NCBI GenBank assembly: GCA_963827275.1
Contig: CAWHAA010000001.1
Span: 1 to 64,000, forward strand
Length of the DNA: 64,000 nt
Reading direction: 5' to 3'
Origin: an uncultured Spirochaetota bacterium
GTDB taxonomy: Bacteria > Spirochaetota > UBA4802 > UBA5550
The notes under the pieces are model-generated. The model was not told where the DNA came from, did no database searches, and saw nothing but the letters and a program-made list of their open reading frames with translations. Positions 30,151-40,364 of this stretch are shown here, in pieces (position 1 is the stretch's first letter; the number at the start of each line of letters is the position of its first letter). Both the position numbers and the translations under genes were made by a program.

Positions 30151-31941
30151 TCATGTCTTTGACAGGGACTCCAGCTCGTCCCATCGCTCGAGGAGCTGGT
30201 CCAGCTCCCGCTCCACCTGCTCCATCTCGGCCCTGACCGCGGGCACCCGGCGGCTGTCTTCCCGGTAAAACAGTGGGTCGGCAAGAAACGCGTACAGCTC
30301 CCTCTTCCTGGCTTCTTTCTCCTCTATCGTGCGCGGGATCGACTCCAGCTCCTTCTTTTCTTTGAAGGTGATTTTTTTATTTCCGGGCGGCCGGTTTTCG
30401 CGGGGCTTTATCTTCAGATCGGTCTCAGACGGCTCCGGCGCGCGCCTCTGCACCAGCCAATCGTCGTATCCGCCGGCATATTCCCGCACCGTTCCGTTCC
30501 CCTCGAACACAAGGGTGCTCGTTGCCACGTTGTTGATGAAGGCGCGGTCGTGGCTGACCAGGAGGAGCGTCCCCCGGTAATCGAGCAGGAGCTCCTCGAG
30601 GAGCTCGATCGTTTCAATGTCGAGATCGTTGGTGGGCTCATCCATGATGAGAACGTTCGACGGCCTGGTAAAGAGCTTTGCAAGGAGGAGCCGGTTCTTC
30701 TCCCCGCCCGACAGCACGCTGACCGTTACATCGGCCCGGTCCGGCGTGAAGAGAAAGTCCTCGAGGTAGCCTATGACGTGGCGCCCCCTGCCGTTGAAGT
30801 CGATGATATCGCCGCCCTCCGTGACGTTCTGCCTGACCGTTCGGTCCTCGTCCAGCCGGTTCCGCAGCTGGTCGAAGTAGGCCGACTCTATCCCCGTGCC
30901 CATCCTGACCGCGCCGCCGTCGGGCTGAAGCTCCTGCATGAGGAGCCTGATGAGGGTGCTCTTGCCGCAGCCGTTCGGACCGATGATCCCGATCCTGTCC
31001 CCCCGCATTATCCGGGCCGAGAACCCTTGTATCAGCCGCCTGCCGCCATAGCCGAAGGAAACGTCCTCCGCCTCGATGATCATCCGTCCCGATTTCCCGG
31101 CGTTGTGGGACTCCATGCGCACGGTCCCCTGGCGCTCCCGGCGCGCGGCGCGCTCCTCGCGCATCTTCATGAGGACGCGCACCCTGCCCTCGTTCCTTGT
31201 ACGGCGGGCCTTTATTCCCTTGCGGATCCAGGCTTCCTCCTGCGCCAGCTTCTTGTCGAACAGCCGGTCGCGCGTCTCTTCCGAATCAAGCCACGCGTCT
31301 TTTCTCTTTATGAAGGTCCCGTAATCGCACTTCCAGTCAAAGAGCATCCCGCGGTCGATCTCAACGATCCTGTCGGCGACCTTCTGGAGAAATGCCCGGT
31401 CATGGGTCACGAAAAATACCGTTTTATCATACCTGCAGAGGAACTCCTCGAGCCACCCTATGGCGCCGATGTCGAGGTGGTTGGTGGGCTCGTCGAGGAG
31501 AAGGATATCGGGCTCGTTTACGATGGTGCGCCCGAGGATGACCCGCCGCTTCATCCCGGCCGAAAGGTTTTCGAACAGGAGGCCGGGGCCGACGCCCGCC
31601 AGGGAGAGGGCGTGCTCGATCCGCCGGTGCGCGGCCTCTTCCTCCAGGCCGCCCGCGTGGTGCGGGGCGATCCCGCCCGCGACAACATCGCGGACGGTCC
31701 CGGCGAGATGGCCGGGCACCTCTTGAGGCAGAAGCGCGGTTGTCACCCCTTTCTCGATGATGCGCGCCCCCGCATCCGGCTCGATCTCGCCGTTGATGAG
31801 CCTCATCAGCGTGGATTTTCCGGACCCGTTCCGGCCGAGGAGGGAGATCTTCTCACCCGGATGGATCTGCAGGTCTATCCCGTCGATAAGCGGACGCGCG
31901 CCGAAGCTCACGGTGACGTTCTGCAGGTTCAGGAGCGCCAT
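30151..31941 (-). CDS. uup: ABC-F ATP-binding protein, Uup-like
   Basis: Two ABC domains ([18 protein letters not shown]), linker EEAWIRKGIKARRTRNEGRVR, C-terminal coiled coil ending RWDELE. Confidence 0.9.
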   Translation of the reverse strand: MALLNLQNVTVSFGARPLIDGIDLQIHPGEKISLLGRNGSGKSTLMRLINGEIEPDAGARIIEKGVTTALLPQEVPGHLAGTVRDVVAGGIAPHHAGGLEEEAAHRRIEHALSLAGVGPGLLFENLSAGMKRRVILGRTIVNEPDILLLDEPTNHLDIGAIGWLEEFLCRYDKTVFFVTHDRAFLQKVADRIVEIDRGMLFDWKCDYGTFIKRKDAWLDSEETRDRLFDKKLAQEEAWIRKGIKARRTRNEGRVRVLMKMREERAARRERQGTVRMESHNAGKSGRMIIEAEDVSFGYGGRRLIQGFSARIMRGDRIGIIGPNGCGKSTLIRLLMQELQPDGGAVRMGTGIESAYFDQLRNRLDEDRTVRQNVTEGGDIIDFNGRGRHVIGYLEDFLFTPDRADVTVSVLSGGEKNRLLLAKLFTRPSNVLIMDEPTNDLDIETIELLEELLLDYRGTLLLVSHDRAFINNVATSTLVFEGNGTVREYAGGYDDWLVQRRAPEPSETDLKIKPRENRPPGNKKITFKEKKELESIPRTIEEKEARKRELYAFLADPLFYREDSRRVPAVRAEMEQVERELDQLLERWDELESLSKT

Positions 31942-31952
31942 GGCCGCGCCTT

Positions 31953-32507
31953 TTATTTTGACCCGAATGAGCGCCTGAACAGGTCTTCGATGGCCGCGCG
32001 GGCCTCTTCCGAGAGGTTCCTCGTTCCCGTGCCGCAGAAGGTCGCGTAGGTGATGACCGGGGCATCTTCCTTCCACGCGCCATTGATCCACGAGAACCAC
32101 GCCGTGCGGTCCTGGTCATAGACGTGGATGGGCCGGTTGAAAAGCTTGGCAAGCTCCACGCCCCAGCCGGTGCCGCCCTTCACCGTGTTGTCTTCCTGTA
32201 TCCAGCCGACGGCGAACACCTGGAAGCCGTTGTTGACCATGTGGAAGATGGATTGAATCACCTTCCTGATCTTGCCGACCTCTGAAAAATTTCTGCCCAG
32301 CCGCAGGGAAACGATCTCCATGCTGACATCGCCCTTTGCCAGGTCCTTCGCTTCGAGAAAGCGGGTGCCCCTGCTGCGCTCCATCATGTGCCCATCAAAG
32401 GAAAAGTTGACCTCGTTTATACCGTACCGCTCGGCCTGCTTCCCGAATTCAGCCTCAGCGCCTTTATGGCCGCCGCTGAACATGGTAAATCCCGATACTT
32501 CCGCCAT
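31953..32507 (-). CDS. Hypothetical protein, SLOG-superfamily-like
   Basis: FSGGHKGAE and GGTGWGVELAK..PIHVYDQ motifs; GAAGGAG RBS. Confidence 0.6.
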   Translation of the reverse strand: MAEVSGFTMFSGGHKGAEAEFGKQAERYGINEVNFSFDGHMMERSRGTRFLEAKDLAKGDVSMEIVSLRLGRNFSEVGKIRKVIQSIFHMVNNGFQVFAVGWIQEDNTVKGGTGWGVELAKLFNRPIHVYDQDRTAWFSWINGAWKEDAPVITYATFCGTGTRNLSEEARAAIEDLFRRSFGSK

Positions 32508-32707
32508 AGTTGCTCCTTCCTGTATCAATTATATTAAAATATGAAGTGGAATTTCTTACGATGTATGTTCTGCAAGTTTATACGAATGTCCACTGCGTCC
32601 GGACTAAAAAAAGACAATGCGGGTTTTTGTCAATGCAAATATTGGCTTTCCTTTCAGGCAGGGTGGAGGTTGCACCCCGCCCTGCCGAAGCAGAACTGAT
32701 ATTCAAT

Positions 32708-33349
32708 TTATTTGTTAAATATAATCGGCATCTTCCTGATGTAGGAGTTTTCCGATGCCACCCGGTACATGAACGCACCGACATTCTCGCGCGAAACGCC
32801 CATTTTGGCCGGCATATCACCCAGAGAAATGCCATACCCGCCGTCCTTCTGTTTCTTGCCTGGTTTTATCATCCGGACGACCGTCCACTCCAGGGAAGAC
32901 TTTTTAACGATCTCTTCGATAATCTTCATCTCGCGATATGGATTCGGGAAAAGTACCCGCGCAATTATCGGTGGCAGCACGGTGCTGATCCGTATCCGGT
33001 CTTCATCGGAACGGACAGTCGGCGTGGCCAGCGTGATGAACCGTTTCTTGTCGAGCCTTTCCATCGCGTGTATGATGACCGCATGGCCGTCCGCGATCGG
33101 GGTCCCCTTTTTCCGGGAAGTGTCCAGCGCCGGCCCGAGCGCGCTTATCACGACATCGGCGTTCTCAATTGCCTTTTCAATCAACAGCCGGTTCGACAGG
33201 TCGCCCACCATGATAATAAAATTTGCCCGCGAACGGTCCAGGCCATTGGCACTGCGCACGTAGGCCGTGACCGTATCACCGTGATCGAGCGCGTGCCCGG
33301 TTACAATCCTTCCTATCGCGCCGTTGGCCCCGAAAATCGTGATATTCAC
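32708..33349 (-). CDS. NAD(P)-binding oxidoreductase (flavin/biliverdin reductase-like)
   Basis: ITIFGANGAIG, ADVVISALGP, LEWTVVR; GTG start with GGAG RBS. Confidence 0.85.
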   Translation of the reverse strand: MNITIFGANGAIGRIVTGHALDHGDTVTAYVRSANGLDRSRANFIIMVGDLSNRLLIEKAIENADVVISALGPALDTSRKKGTPIADGHAVIIHAMERLDKKRFITLATPTVRSDEDRIRISTVLPPIIARVLFPNPYREMKIIEEIVKKSSLEWTVVRMIKPGKKQKDGGYGISLGDMPAKMGVSRENVGAFMYRVASENSYIRKMPIIFNK

Positions 33350-33367
33350 CTAGTGCTCCTCCCGCAA

Positions 33368-33883
33368 TCATTCAATTAATATCAGCCCGTACCGGTTCAC
33401 CATACAGGAATCGTCTGTCACCACTTCGATGGGATACCCGTTATTGCGCGCCGTCGCAAACACGTCGATGCCGCATGATTCCATTGACGGACGGGCCTTT
33501 TCCGCATGCACGCATCCGTCAAAATTGCACTCGGTGCAGATCGTACATGGGCCGGCGCCCAGGCCGAAGGCCTTGTAGTAGCCGGCAAGGAAGATGTCCC
33601 TCTCCAGCTTCACGATGATCTTCGTCGGGGAGTTTTTCCCGGTGATTTTTCCCGCGCAATGTATGAGGACCGCCTTTGTATAGCAATGTATCACTTCCCG
33701 CATCTGCCGGTAATCCGGCGTATGGGGCGGGCAGCACAGGTTCGAGTTGTACCCACCGCAGCCGAACTGGCACCGCATCCGCACCCACGCGGCGGTCACG
33801 ATGGTCTCGGCCTTTATGATTTTCGCTTCCGTCGCGCCGTATTTCACTGCGCTGTCGATGAATCGGGCGGTTCCGGCTTTCAT
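33368..33883 (-). CDS. DUF2284-like metal-binding protein
   Basis: WVRMRCQFGC, CCPP, GPCTICTEC, C..ARPSMESCGIDV. Confidence 0.8.
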   Translation of the reverse strand: MKAGTARFIDSAVKYGATEAKIIKAETIVTAAWVRMRCQFGCGGYNSNLCCPPHTPDYRQMREVIHCYTKAVLIHCAGKITGKNSPTKIIVKLERDIFLAGYYKAFGLGAGPCTICTECNFDGCVHAEKARPSMESCGIDVFATARNNGYPIEVVTDDSCMVNRYGLILIE

Positions 33884-34139
33884 GCTGAGCTCCGTTTCTC
33901 ATTAGTCATGGGTTGCGAAGGCTGTATATACAACATCAATAATCTTTATATTTAATTTCTGATATATATTTATCACGAATAAGATAAATAATAATGTTAC
34001 GCAAACTTCCATGTCAAATACAAAACAGCCGCAGTAAATATTGAGATACATTGCGAGATCGGCCCTGAGCCTGTCGAAGGGCCATCGAAGCGAAAGGTAT
34101 AAGCTTGCGAATCACGAATTGAGAGGCTAATTTACAACA

Positions 34140-34400
34140 CAACAAAGCCATTAAAACGTCCGCCCGAAGGGCGGACAAACCAATCGGGCGTCGGTCTGGA
34201 CAGGAAGTCCAACTGCCGCGCGCGACAGGATGTCGAAAATCGCGCGGCGATGAGGCCGAATCCTGCGAAGCAGGTTCGGCCGAGTTACGCCCGGAGCCCG
34301 TCCCGGCGTTTGAGGGACCGGGTGGGAGGAGCGCGAGGAGGGAGGCCGCGAAGGCCTCCATCCTCGCATGAATTGCCCGGGCCGTCTCACGGCCCATGGC
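34140..34400. other. Highly structured non-coding element (candidate ncRNA or REP/MITE-like element)
   Basis: At least six consecutive hairpins; see findings. Confidence 0.55.
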
Positions 34401-34422
34401 GCCGCCCTTCCCTTTGATAAGT

Positions 34423-34695
34423 TTACATCTCCGTCATTCTCCGCTCATCCATGAGCCTGTCCAGGTCCGACGCGTCGAGCTCATGGCTTCTTCTCTCCGC
34501 GAGGATGCGGTCAAGATCGGTCATGGCCGTCTCGTTGGCCTTCATCTCCTCGATCAGGACCTCGAGATCGCTCTTGTCGAGCTCGCGGGCCTTCATCTCT
34601 TCAATCATGCGGTCAAGATCGGTCCGATCAAGCTCATGGGCCCTGCGCGCCGCGATCACCGCATCAGCATCAGGATTGATTCTCTGTGTCTGCAT
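34423..34695 (-). CDS. Small acidic protein made of 17-aa tandem repeats
   Basis: GGAGGT RBS; four complete 17-aa units with ELDxxDLxx-type core. Confidence 0.75.
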   Translation of the reverse strand: MQTQRINPDADAVIAARRAHELDRTDLDRMIEEMKARELDKSDLEVLIEEMKANETAMTDLDRILAERRSHELDASDLDRLMDERRMTEM

Positions 34696-35021
34696 ACGCC
34701 ACCTCCATATTATACCCCCGGAGGCATCCGCAATGACGGGCCAACCAGCCGAAGGTACGTTACGGATGCAGGGGGAATGATGTAAACGGCAAGATACAAG
34801 GAACGTCCGTAGCTATTAATATACCAAGGGAATGAGGAAAAATCATGCAAAATGTGATGGGCATACTATGATAACCGGCTTTCTCCAGAATAATTGGCAG
34901 CGCCCGGCGCCGGCCGTTTTGCAATATATTTGCACATGGTATGAAAATATCTTGAAATTTAATAAACGGTGGCATGATATTTAATTGCGATGTACGCTGA
35001 ATGATCTTAGGGTGGGGGATA

Positions 35022-37196
35022 ATGATGAAAGGACATCTAATTGCGTTCCTGTTCGTTGCCTGTGTGATTGTGCCCTGCGTTGACGCACTCCCGGCGGAAA
35101 AAGCCTTCTTTATTCAGGAAAACCAGCAGAACACCATGATCGGTACATTTATGGATGTGCTGGAGGACGAAACCGGGAGCCTGACAATCAACGCAGTGTC
35201 ATCGGCCCGTTACATGGACAACTTCATCCCGTCTGAGGAGGAAGCCCCCAATTTCGGTTACACCCTTTCCGTCTACTGGTTGCGTTTTACGATAGCCAAT
35301 AACTCGGAGGAAACACGCTCGTTTATCCTCCTCGACGATTATCCGCTGACCGACGATATCCGGCTTTACAACCCGAAGATCAACGGCGATGAGCCGATCA
35401 AGACGGGCGGGCGATATTATCCCCTGTCGGCACGCGACGAGGACTACCGCGCCTTTGCATTCCACCTGCGCATCCCGGCCGGCGCGGCATACACCTATTA
35501 CATGAGATTGCAAAGCGACGACTCCCTTGCCGTACGGGTCTCCGTGGCGTCGAAGGGCGCCTTTGACAAAATGGCCCGGCGGTCACAGCTCTTCCTCGGC
35601 CTCTATTTCGGCATGGTGCTGGCCCTGTTCTTCTACTACCTTTTCATTTTCTTTACCACCCGCGATTTAAACAACCTGTATTACGTGCTGTCGCTTCTCG
35701 TCCTCGGGTTCCTTTTTTTCCTGTCGCTGAACGGCCTCTCAGCGCAGCTCCTTGAAACAGATTCCCTGTGGGTGTCCCGGACCTCCACCGCGGTATTTAT
35801 CGCGACCGGGGTCCTGATGGGGCTTATCTTTTCACGCTCGTTCTGCCAGATCAACAGGAATGACCGGCTCATGTACTACAGCTACTGGGCCTTCATGGCT
35901 CTCCTCGCCCTGGCGGTCGGGGCAAGCTTTTTCATCCGCTATTTCTACGTGATACTCGCCTGCGTGATCATTTCAATGGGCGCCACGGTGATCATGTGGA
36001 CAAGCGGCATCGTCAGCTTCCGGAGGGGGTTCAAGCCGGCGCGGTTCTACCTGCTCGCGTGGAGCGGCATACAGGTCGGCGGGCTGGTCTATGGCCTGAA
36101 AACGCTCGGGTTGTGGCCGAGCACGCTTTTTTCCGAATACTCATTCCAGGGCGGGGCGGTCGTGTTCGCGCTCCTCCTCGCACTGAGCCTGGGCGACCTC
36201 CTGAATGTCTACCGGCAGGAACTCATGCAGAACGCCGAGCGCGCCAGGGAGCGGAGCGCCTATCTTGAAAAGGCGGTGGCCTCGGTCAGCCAGATCTCGA
36301 GCAACATACTCAGCTCCAGCAAGGACCTCGATGACCTCGGGAAAAACTTTGTCGAGATGTCGGGGGAACAGGCGGCCACGAGCCGGAACATGCTCGATAT
36401 GTACACCAAGCTGTCGGCCGAGAACAAGAGCATATACCAGGCGACGCTTGACCAGGAAAAGGAGGGCAAGGGGACCAGGGAGGCGATCGACCGCCTCAAG
36501 GCCTTCAGGGACCGGCTCAACGCGGCGAACAGGTCGGTCGAGGACAGCATGCGCGTCATATCGGACTCCACCGCCGCCACGGAGACGACCTTCACCCTCA
36601 TGTCCGGCAAGATGCAGCAGATCCGCGAAAGCGGGAAATCGATCGGCGGCCTCATATCCCTGATCGACGATATAACCGACAGGATCAACCTCCTCTCCCT
36701 GAACGCGGCCATTGAAGCGGCGCGCGCGGGAGAGCACGGCAGGGGCTTCGCGGTCGTCGCCGACGAGATCGGCAAGCTTGCGTCCGCAACCGCCGACAAC
36801 TCCAAGGAGATCACGACGCAGATCGGCCGCATGGCGGGCAACATCGACAGCGGCATGGCCGAGGTGGCAAACACGGGCAAGATCATATCCCAGACCATCA
36901 ACATGGTAAACAGCATCAACCAGAGCTTCGGGATCGTCATGGAAGTGGTCATGGAGCAGAGCAACGCCATCAATGAATTCATGAAGCAGATTGAGGTTTC
37001 CGACGCCATTGCCGGCCGGATCGCCCGCTCCACCAAGGAGCAATACGACATGATGAAGGAGACCTCCGGTGTCGTGGAAAAAATGTCAATGGTCGGCGGG
37101 GTCCTCGGGAATGCCAACAGGCATATCGCGGAATTTACCGTGCTGCTGAAGGAAAAGATCCAGGAGATGGACATGATGATCCGGAGCATCGTCTAG
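35022..37196 (+). CDS. Methyl-accepting chemotaxis protein with 7TM-DISM extracellular and membrane domains
   Basis: Signal peptide, NFGYT..YWLRF (DISMED2-like), 7 TMs ending [11 protein letters not shown], signalling hairpin [33 protein letters not shown]. Confidence 0.93.
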   Translation: MMKGHLIAFLFVACVIVPCVDALPAEKAFFIQENQQNTMIGTFMDVLEDETGSLTINAVSSARYMDNFIPSEEEAPNFGYTLSVYWLRFTIANNSEETRSFILLDDYPLTDDIRLYNPKINGDEPIKTGGRYYPLSARDEDYRAFAFHLRIPAGAAYTYYMRLQSDDSLAVRVSVASKGAFDKMARRSQLFLGLYFGMVLALFFYYLFIFFTTRDLNNLYYVLSLLVLGFLFFLSLNGLSAQLLETDSLWVSRTSTAVFIATGVLMGLIFSRSFCQINRNDRLMYYSYWAFMALLALAVGASFFIRYFYVILACVIISMGATVIMWTSGIVSFRRGFKPARFYLLAWSGIQVGGLVYGLKTLGLWPSTLFSEYSFQGGAVVFALLLALSLGDLLNVYRQELMQNAERARERSAYLEKAVASVSQISSNILSSSKDLDDLGKNFVEMSGEQAATSRNMLDMYTKLSAENKSIYQATLDQEKEGKGTREAIDRLKAFRDRLNAANRSVEDSMRVISDSTAATETTFTLMSGKMQQIRESGKSIGGLISLIDDITDRINLLSLNAAIEAARAGEHGRGFAVVADEIGKLASATADNSKEITTQIGRMAGNIDSGMAEVANTGKIISQTINMVNSINQSFGIVMEVVMEQSNAINEFMKQIEVSDAIAGRIARSTKEQYDMMKETSGVVEKMSMVGGVLGNANRHIAEFTVLLKEKIQEMDMMIRSIV

Positions 37197-37408
37197 GCCG
37201 GCAGGTCCGTGCCGGCATCCCCGTCCCGCGGCGGGTACCTCCGGCGGCCGTTCAAAATAAAAAGTATTTATTAATTCACTTGCGCTGCAGGGTGATATAC
37301 CGCACAATGTCATTAATTGTTTAATAATATAGAAAATACTTATACAGTACTTCCTTTTTACATTATGAGTACATATTATTCGGCAAAATACATATCAAGG
37401 AGCCATGA

Positions 37409-37675
37409 ATGCAAGGAAGAACACTGTATATCGGCAACATGAGTGAGACCCTCAAAAGGGAGACGTTAATCGAGCTTTTTTCCGCGTATGGCAAGGTAGT
37501 GGACGTCAAGATACTGGGATATAACGCGTTCGGTTTCATAGAGATGTCGAGCCAGGAAGAAGCGGAGAAGGCGAAAAACTCGCTGAACGGACACGATCTT
37601 GACGGGACCCGCCTGAAAGTCGACGAAGCCCGCCCCAAGAATTACAAACGGTCAGGCCATTCGAACAGGTACTGA
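37409..37675 (+). CDS. RRM RNA-binding protein
   Basis: LYIGNM, FGFIEM, LNGHDLDGTRLKVDEARP; AAGGAG RBS. Confidence 0.9.
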   Translation: MQGRTLYIGNMSETLKRETLIELFSAYGKVVDVKILGYNAFGFIEMSSQEEAEKAKNSLNGHDLDGTRLKVDEARPKNYKRSGHSNRY

Positions 37676-37699
37676 GCGCGGCGCCGGGCTGCCGGGGCA

Positions 37700-38827
37700 T
37701 CATTTTTTTATGAACTTCTGGTACGAGCCCGGTGACACGCCCGTAATCTTTTTAAACACGGTATAAAATACTGACAACGAATTGAACCCGACCCGGGAAG
37801 CTATATCCATCACCGGCGTATGCTTCTCCCGTTCAAGGATCACCCGCGCCTCATTGATGCGGTAATTATTTATGTACGGGATAAAACCCAGGCCGCTCCT
37901 TATTTTCAGTATATCCGACAGCAGGGACTGGGGGATCTCCAGCCGTTCCGCAAACGACTTGAGGGTCAGCCGGCTGTCATGATAGACCTTGTCCCAGGAC
38001 ATCATGATCTCGATCTTTTCCATTATCGCATCGACATCCTGACCGTAATCGGGTCGCGCGGGCGCCGCCCCCCGCGCCGCTTCGTCACGCACGATCTGCA
38101 GAGAGACGGTGATCATATCGACGAACAGGTACTGGGTGATGAGCGCCGCCAGGACAAGGATCGAGATCACCAGCCGGTCCCCCCACATGTAGGCAAGCGA
38201 TGCACCCATTACCAGCAGGGAAATGACACCGAGAATGAAAAGAAAATTCTTCTGCGACATGCTCCCATCTTTAAGGAGAATCAGAATTTTTACCAGAAGG
38301 AATGCCACGTAAACGCAGACCAGGACAGTCGCGGCGTTCACTGATATAGTATTTATCAATTCATTCCAGGAATCATCCAGAATTTTTATGCCGGTAAAAA
38401 TAGAAACGCTGACCAGCATGGCCGCATTCAGGGACGGAATAACCATGTGTGGGAGCATGGTGACGTCGGAATCATCCTGATATGAAATATAATAATTGCC
38501 ATACAAAAACACGAACGGCCCTGTATAAAAATACGCGATAGTTGTAACCATGTCAACCGTGATCGGGAGTTCGAAATAGCGGTGAAAATCGTCCAGATAC
38601 CGGAACCCGTCACTGAGGCGCCAGGCAAATACCAGGAACATCAATATGCAGAGGAACAGGTCCCCCCGGTTTTTTTCCCCGGCCAGAGCATACTTGAGGG
38701 CCATCAGCAGGGCCAGGATGGAACTGAAAAATGTAAGTGTAATCGTGATATAGTCGTTACATGAATGAAAGGTAATACCGCTCATTGATGATTGGAACAC
38801 CCTGCGCTTTTTTTCATATATCGGCAT
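37700..38827 (-). CDS. Membrane-anchored AraC-family regulator
   Basis: Multiple TM segments then AraC HTH (INNYRI..IASRVGFNSLSVFYTVFKKITGVSPG); start uncertain. Confidence 0.85.
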   Translation of the reverse strand: MPIYEKKRRVFQSSMSGITFHSCNDYITITLTFFSSILALLMALKYALAGEKNRGDLFLCILMFLVFAWRLSDGFRYLDDFHRYFELPITVDMVTTIAYFYTGPFVFLYGNYYISYQDDSDVTMLPHMVIPSLNAAMLVSVSIFTGIKILDDSWNELINTISVNAATVLVCVYVAFLLVKILILLKDGSMSQKNFLFILGVISLLVMGASLAYMWGDRLVISILVLAALITQYLFVDMITVSLQIVRDEAARGAAPARPDYGQDVDAIMEKIEIMMSWDKVYHDSRLTLKSFAERLEIPQSLLSDILKIRSGLGFIPYINNYRINEARVILEREKHTPVMDIASRVGFNSLSVFYTVFKKITGVSPGSYQKFIKK

Positions 38828-39025
38828 TTTTACTGCGCAAGTTAAGAAACATAAAGGGAGTGCCCTGGTTCCTTCCGGCGTACATTATAATCTATTTTTT
38901 AAATGTTTAGTATTTATTATATTAATTATTGACAAACGGCGCCCTTCCCCGATCATGGTCCCCGATACCGTGACGGCGACAGTTACACCGGCCGCTCAGT
39001 ACAAACCACAGAAACAGGAGGCACC

Positions 39026-40297
39026 ATGAGCAAAGAATACATCGACATGTGGAAGGAACTCGGTCTTGACCTTGAACCGCACGACCAGCTCCTGTCGGTT
39101 TTAGGACAGGCGTACGGCGACATTTTCCTTTCCCAGAAAAACAGGCCCGAAGGGATGAACTACTTCGATTTCGTCGTTTCCGAAGTCCACGGCCTCAGGA
39201 TCCGCGAGATCATGGATGAAAAAAACAAGGGAAACATCATCGTGGGGACCTTCTGCGTGTATGTTCCCGAAGAGCTGGTGCTCGCCGTCGGGGGCGTACA
39301 GGTAGGCCTCTGCGCAGGGGCGGAAATTGCCTTCGACAAGGTTGAGGAATTCCTGCCGCGGAACAGCTGCGCGCTGATCAAATCATCCCTTGGCTTCAGG
39401 CTGGGCCGCATGTGCCCGTACACGCAGGCATGCGACTTCGTAGTAGGCGAGACCACGTGCGACGGCAAGAAAAAGGCGTATGAGATATTCGGCGAAATGA
39501 AGGACGTGTACGTGATGGAGATCCCCCAGATGAAGAATGATTCAGACCGCGCGCTCTGGAAAGGTGAAATCGAGCGTTTTAAAATTGAGCTTGAAAAAAG
39601 GTCAGGGAGAACCATCACGCCCGACTCCCTCATGAAAGGGATCAAGATCGTCAACAGGAAGCGCGCGGCACTGCAGCGTCTGGCGTCAATCCGCTACAAA
39701 TATCCGTTCGTGATATCCGGACGTGATGCGCTCCTCATCAACCAGGTTTCTTTTTACGACAACCCCGAGCGCTTCACGGACTCGGTAACCAAGCTCTGCG
39801 ATGAGCTCGAGCAGCGCGGGAAAAACAACGTTACCATAGGAGACGCGGGAGCCAAGAAGATCCTCGTGTCCGGGTGCCCGATGGCGGTCCCCAACTGGAA
39901 ACTGCCGTTCGTGGTCGAGACCACGGGCGCGACCATCGTGGCGGAAGAGTCCTGCGTCGGCGAGCGCAACAGCAGGAATGCAGTCAGCGAATCCGGCAAA
40001 TCAACCGACGACCTGTTAAACAATATCGTGGACCGCTACATGAAGATCAACTGCGCCTGCTTCACGCCGAACAGCGAGCGGATCAAGGACATCAGCGAGA
40101 TATTCAGTTTATCGAAGGCCGACGGAGTGATACACTATTCACTCCAGTTCTGCACCCCCTACCTGGTGGAGTCGAAAAAGGTGAAGGACCTCTGTGACGC
40201 GCGGAAGATGCCGTTCATCGCGGTTGAAACCGACTACTCGTCGGGGGATATCGAACAGCTAAAAACCAGGATCGGGGCGTTCATAGAAAAAATCTGA
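39026..40297 (+). CDS. Double-cubane-cluster protein / 2-hydroxyacyl-CoA dehydratase (HgdD-like) family reductase
   Basis: GTFCVYVPEE, GLCAG, LPRNSCALIKS, CPY, GETTCDGKKK, EESCVG, INCACFTPN, LQFC, ETDYS..QLKTRIGAFIE. Confidence 0.85.
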   Translation: MSKEYIDMWKELGLDLEPHDQLLSVLGQAYGDIFLSQKNRPEGMNYFDFVVSEVHGLRIREIMDEKNKGNIIVGTFCVYVPEELVLAVGGVQVGLCAGAEIAFDKVEEFLPRNSCALIKSSLGFRLGRMCPYTQACDFVVGETTCDGKKKAYEIFGEMKDVYVMEIPQMKNDSDRALWKGEIERFKIELEKRSGRTITPDSLMKGIKIVNRKRAALQRLASIRYKYPFVISGRDALLINQVSFYDNPERFTDSVTKLCDELEQRGKNNVTIGDAGAKKILVSGCPMAVPNWKLPFVVETTGATIVAEESCVGERNSRNAVSESGKSTDDLLNNIVDRYMKINCACFTPNSERIKDISEIFSLSKADGVIHYSLQFCTPYLVESKKVKDLCDARKMPFIAVETDYSSGDIEQLKTRIGAFIEKI

Positions 40298-40364
40298 ATC
40301 AAAAGTGGGCAGGCTGGTTCGCCCGACGGACCGCGCGACAGTGACATTGACCCTGCGGGGATTG

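Noticed and set aside
17532..33883. Selenocysteine or stop-codon readthrough in the redox proteins
   Set aside because: The Cys motifs I checked (redoxin, rubredoxin, ferredoxin, DUF2284) are encoded as Cys; no in-frame TGA at motif positions
34062..34083. GCCCTGAGCCTGTCGAAGGGC short REP-like motif as a mobile element
   Set aside because: Single copy in the window with no transposase; cannot be supported on its own
34014..34397. 127-aa minus-strand ORF over the hairpin element
   Set aside because: Low-complexity translation with no RBS or motif; better explained by the structured non-coding element
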